From assembly GCA_965367745.1 (NCBI GenBank), contig CBDUKG010000004.1, forward strand, positions 2,197-66,196: DNA of 64,000 nucleotides, read 5' to 3'. This document shows, piece by piece, positions 61,269-64,000 of this stretch. Made by a program: the position numbers and the translations under genes. This stretch comes from an uncultured Flavobacteriaceae bacterium (lineage in GTDB: Bacteria; Bacteroidota; Bacteroidia; Flavobacteriales; Flavobacteriaceae). Under the pieces are notes generated by a model, which saw nothing but the letters and a program-made list of their open reading frames with translations, was not told the origin of the DNA and did no database searches. The first letter of the stretch is position 1. Each line of letters opens with the position of its first letter.

Positions 61269-61871
61269 ATGGGGCTTCAAAAATATTTTTTAAAAAACGT
61301 GTTGGAAGCTGGTACAGATGAAGCTGGGAGAGGCTGTTTATCTGGTCCAGTTGTGGCTGCGGCAGTAATTTTACCTGATGATTTTGAGCATCCTTTATTA
61401 AACGATTCTAAACAATTAACAGAAAAACAACGGGAATTACTGCGGCCGTTTATAGAAAAAAATGCCTTAGCTTACGGAGTTTCGTATATAAATGAGCTTA
61501 AAATAGATGAAATAAACATTTTACAAGCATCAATTTTAGCAATGCATACAGCTATAGAAAAGTTGTCTGTAACTCCAGAACACATAATTGTAGATGGAAA
61601 TAAATTCAACTCGTTTAAAAATATTCCGCACAAAACAATTATAAAAGGAGATGCAAAATTTATGAGTATTGCAGCAGCTTCAGTTCTGGCAAAAACTTAC
61701 AGAGATGAATTTATGCAAAAATTAGATTTAGAATTCCCAGATTATTATTGGAAAAAAAATAAAGGCTATCCTACAAAACAGCATAGAGAAGCAATTAGAA
61801 AATTTGGAATTACGCCATACCATAGAAAAACCTTCCGTTTACTTCCCGAACAATTAAAATTAGATTTGTAA
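61269..61871 (+). CDS. rnhB: ribonuclease HII
   Basis: DEAGRG, DSK, VDGN, KGD, AASVLAK and NKGYPT motifs. Confidence 0.98.
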   Translation: MGLQKYFLKNVLEAGTDEAGRGCLSGPVVAAAVILPDDFEHPLLNDSKQLTEKQRELLRPFIEKNALAYGVSYINELKIDEINILQASILAMHTAIEKLSVTPEHIIVDGNKFNSFKNIPHKTIIKGDAKFMSIAAASVLAKTYRDEFMQKLDLEFPDYYWKKNKGYPTKQHREAIRKFGITPYHRKTFRLLPEQLKLDL

Positions 61872-61924
61872 TTTCTGAAAATGTATTATTAAAATTTTAC
61901 ATTTGCGTTCTTAAAATGTAAAAA

Positions 61925-62977
61925 ATGATAAAACGTACTAGAGCTTCAATAACAAAATTTATAATTCATAAAGTAGGAAACAAATTTAACAGTGCGACCA
62001 ATATTTTTTCTGAAGATGTTATTACTTTCGATGAAGAAAGTTATGAATTAATGAAACCTTTTTTATTAAAACCCTTTGCAAACGTTTCAGAAAGTTTTCG
62101 TTTTAATCACCATGCAAACATTGAGTTGAACGAAATAAATAATTATTCAACCGAAATTTTTAAAGACGAAACAGCTTTTATTGATGTTTCTAAACATATT
62201 GTAAACCATTTATTTGAGCAATCAAATTCAGCACAAATTAAAGTAGGAGATGTTATTATTGCACTAATTGAAGATCTAGAATATAATGAGATTGTTACAA
62301 ATGCAATAGGAATTTTTAAAATTGAAAATAAAATAAATTTCTTTCAAACTTTTATGGAAAAAGACAGTTTAGATGTTTTTGTTCAGAAAGGAATAAGTAC
62401 TAAAAAACTAGATAAAGGCTGCTTAATAATAAACTCTTCCGATGCTGAAGGCAGGGTAGTTTTAAGTGTTGATACCAATAATTATGACGCTCAATATTGG
62501 ATAAAAAACTTTTTAAATGTAAAATATGCGGATGATAGCAATCAGCATACGCAAAATTACATTGAAATGTGTAAAGATTTTTCTGAAGAAGTTATAAAAC
62601 AAGATTTTGGAGTGCAGGAAAAATCTAAATTTTTAGCGAAAACAGTCGATTTTTTCAAAGAAAATGAAGATGTAAATATTCATGATTTTAAGGATGATGT
62701 TTTTGAAGAAAATGAAGATTTTAAACCTTTATTTGATAATTATAAAAAACAATTTGAAGAAATTAACGATGTGTTGGTTAGAAATCAGTTCGCTATTTCT
62801 GATATAGTTTTAAAGAAACAAAAACAAAAAATTAAAACCGAAATAAAACTAGATACCAATATTCAGATTAAATTAGATATTGACGCTCCAGATGCAGCAA
62901 GTGAATATTTAGAAAAAGGCTACGACGAGGAGAAAAAAATGAAATTCTACAAAGTCTTTTATAACGAGGAAGATTAG
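61925..62977 (+). CDS. 37-kDa nucleoid-associated protein family (NdpA/YejK-like)
   Basis: IIHKVGNK, GIFKIE, KLDKGCLI and EKGYDEEK motifs. Confidence 0.85.
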   Translation: MIKRTRASITKFIIHKVGNKFNSATNIFSEDVITFDEESYELMKPFLLKPFANVSESFRFNHHANIELNEINNYSTEIFKDETAFIDVSKHIVNHLFEQSNSAQIKVGDVIIALIEDLEYNEIVTNAIGIFKIENKINFFQTFMEKDSLDVFVQKGISTKKLDKGCLIINSSDAEGRVVLSVDTNNYDAQYWIKNFLNVKYADDSNQHTQNYIEMCKDFSEEVIKQDFGVQEKSKFLAKTVDFFKENEDVNIHDFKDDVFEENEDFKPLFDNYKKQFEEINDVLVRNQFAISDIVLKKQKQKIKTEIKLDTNIQIKLDIDAPDAASEYLEKGYDEEKKMKFYKVFYNEED

Positions 62978-62980
62978 TTT

Positions 62981-63088
62981 AGTCTAAAGTCTAAAGTCTA
63001 AAGTCGCAAAGATAAAAGGTTGTAAGTTTTTGTTTCGTCTTGTAGAAACTGCATGATTGGCTGGCAGGTTTGATTCAGCATCTCATGA
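62981..63088 (+). repeat. TCTAAAG heptamer array followed by degenerate REP-like fragments
   Basis: TCTAAAG x3 + TCGCAAAG + ATAAAAG; then GGCTGGCAGG and TTGATTCAGCATCTCA. Confidence 0.65.
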
Positions 63089-63093
63089 TTATT

Positions 63094-63789
63094 TTAATTT
63101 TCAAACTCAACTTCAAATAATACAGAGAAATGCTTTAAAATCTTCTTTTTTACTTCATCTAAATCAACTTTTTTACCCAATTCAGCTTCCATAGAAGTAA
63201 CTGCTTTTCCCTTAATTCCACAGGGAATAATATTATCAAAATAACCTAAATTAGTGTTGGCATTTAATGCAAAACCGTGCATAGTAACCCAACGGCTAGT
63301 TCTAACTCCCATGGCACAAATTTTCCGAGCAAACGGCGTTCCAACATCTAACCAAACTCCTGTTTCACCTTCGCTACGCATTGCTACAATTCCGTATTCA
63401 GCCAATGTTTTAATAATAACTTCTTCTAAAAAACGTAAGTATTTATGAATATCTGTAAAAAAATTATCTAAATCTAAAATTGGGTAACCCACAATTTGTC
63501 CTGGACCGTGATACGTAATATCACCACCTCTATTTATTTTATAAAACGTAGCTCCTTTTTGTTCAAGTTGTGTTTCATTTAATAGTAAATTGCTTAAATC
63601 TCCACTTTTACCTAAAGTATATACATGAGGATGTTCAACAAAAACAAAATAATTTGGAGTTTTGTTAGTAGTATCTTTTTTTCTATTATCAATTTTTATA
63701 TCAATAATACCTTTAAATAATTTCTCTTGATAATCCCAAGTTTCTTTATAATCTTTTAAACCTAAATCTTGTAATGTAACTTTTTGCAT
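63094..63789 (-). CDS. lipB: octanoyltransferase
   Basis: EHPHVYTLG, RGGDITYHGPGQ, HGFALN and IIPCGI motifs. Confidence 0.98.
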   Translation of the reverse strand: MQKVTLQDLGLKDYKETWDYQEKLFKGIIDIKIDNRKKDTTNKTPNYFVFVEHPHVYTLGKSGDLSNLLLNETQLEQKGATFYKINRGGDITYHGPGQIVGYPILDLDNFFTDIHKYLRFLEEVIIKTLAEYGIVAMRSEGETGVWLDVGTPFARKICAMGVRTSRWVTMHGFALNANTNLGYFDNIIPCGIKGKAVTSMEAELGKKVDLDEVKKKILKHFSVLFEVEFEN

Positions 63790-63947
63790 TAGCTATTTGG
63801 ATTGTTATTTATAATTAAAGCGGCAATAACTCCAGGAATCCACCCTAAACAAGTTAAAATAAAAACAATAATTATGGAGCCACAACCTTTATCAATAACT
63901 GCTAGTGGTGGAAAAATGATGCAAAATAGTACTCTTAAACAACCCAT
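63789..63947 (-). CDS. YqaE/Pmp3 family small membrane protein
   Basis: IIFPPLAV..LTCLGWIPGVIAA motif; ATG 63947 preferred; TAATG coupling to lipB. Confidence 0.9.
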   Translation of the reverse strand: MGCLRVLFCIIFPPLAVIDKGCGSIIIVFILTCLGWIPGVIAALIINNNPNS

Positions 63948-64000
63948 AATTATTTTTTTCAAAGTTCTTAAAATTATATGACGCATACAACGTTAATTTG

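Noticed and set aside
3362-63448. Many 60-135 aa ORFs nested in or antisense to conserved genes (e.g. 21766-22167, 33161-33547, 34993-35304, 53992-54345)
   Set aside because: Fully overlap well-supported genes and carry no motifs; typical shadow ORFs
1-64000. CRISPR array, tRNA/rRNA, prophage, transposase or defence island
   Set aside because: No regularly spaced repeats, cloverleafs, or integrase/transposase/Cas ORFs seen; composition looks uniform

Overview
AT-rich chromosomal window from a Flavobacteriaceae-type Bacteroidota genome. The assignment rests on gldB/gldC, repeated TAnnTTTG promoter elements, a folK-dNK fusion and a TonB-dependent receptor. The window is mostly housekeeping: ahcY, aroA, queA, rlmN, rimP-nusA-infB, nadE, folK, sppA, thyA/folA, etfAB, pdhB, rsgA, dtd, rnhB and lipB, plus a TPP riboswitch. 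I saw no rRNA, tRNA, CRISPR array, prophage or intact transposase. Four things stand out. (1) A pyrophosphate/Na+ cluster: soluble ppa, a K+-dependent Na+-type membrane PPase with an extra C-terminal domain, a divergent K+-independent membrane PPase with a possibly structured 5' leader, and nhaA. (2) A putative outer-membrane porin with a ~180-aa insert built from 57-nt/19-aa tandem repeats and packed with Bacteroidota O-glycosylation sequons. (3) Heptamer repeats and REP-like palindromes, one family of which sits inside the aroA reading frame. (4) Several candidate operators: a perfect 18-bp palindrome at etfB/pdhB, a CRP-like box inside a terminator before sqr, and GAGGGAA repeats. All calls come from reading motifs by eye; no database searches were run.
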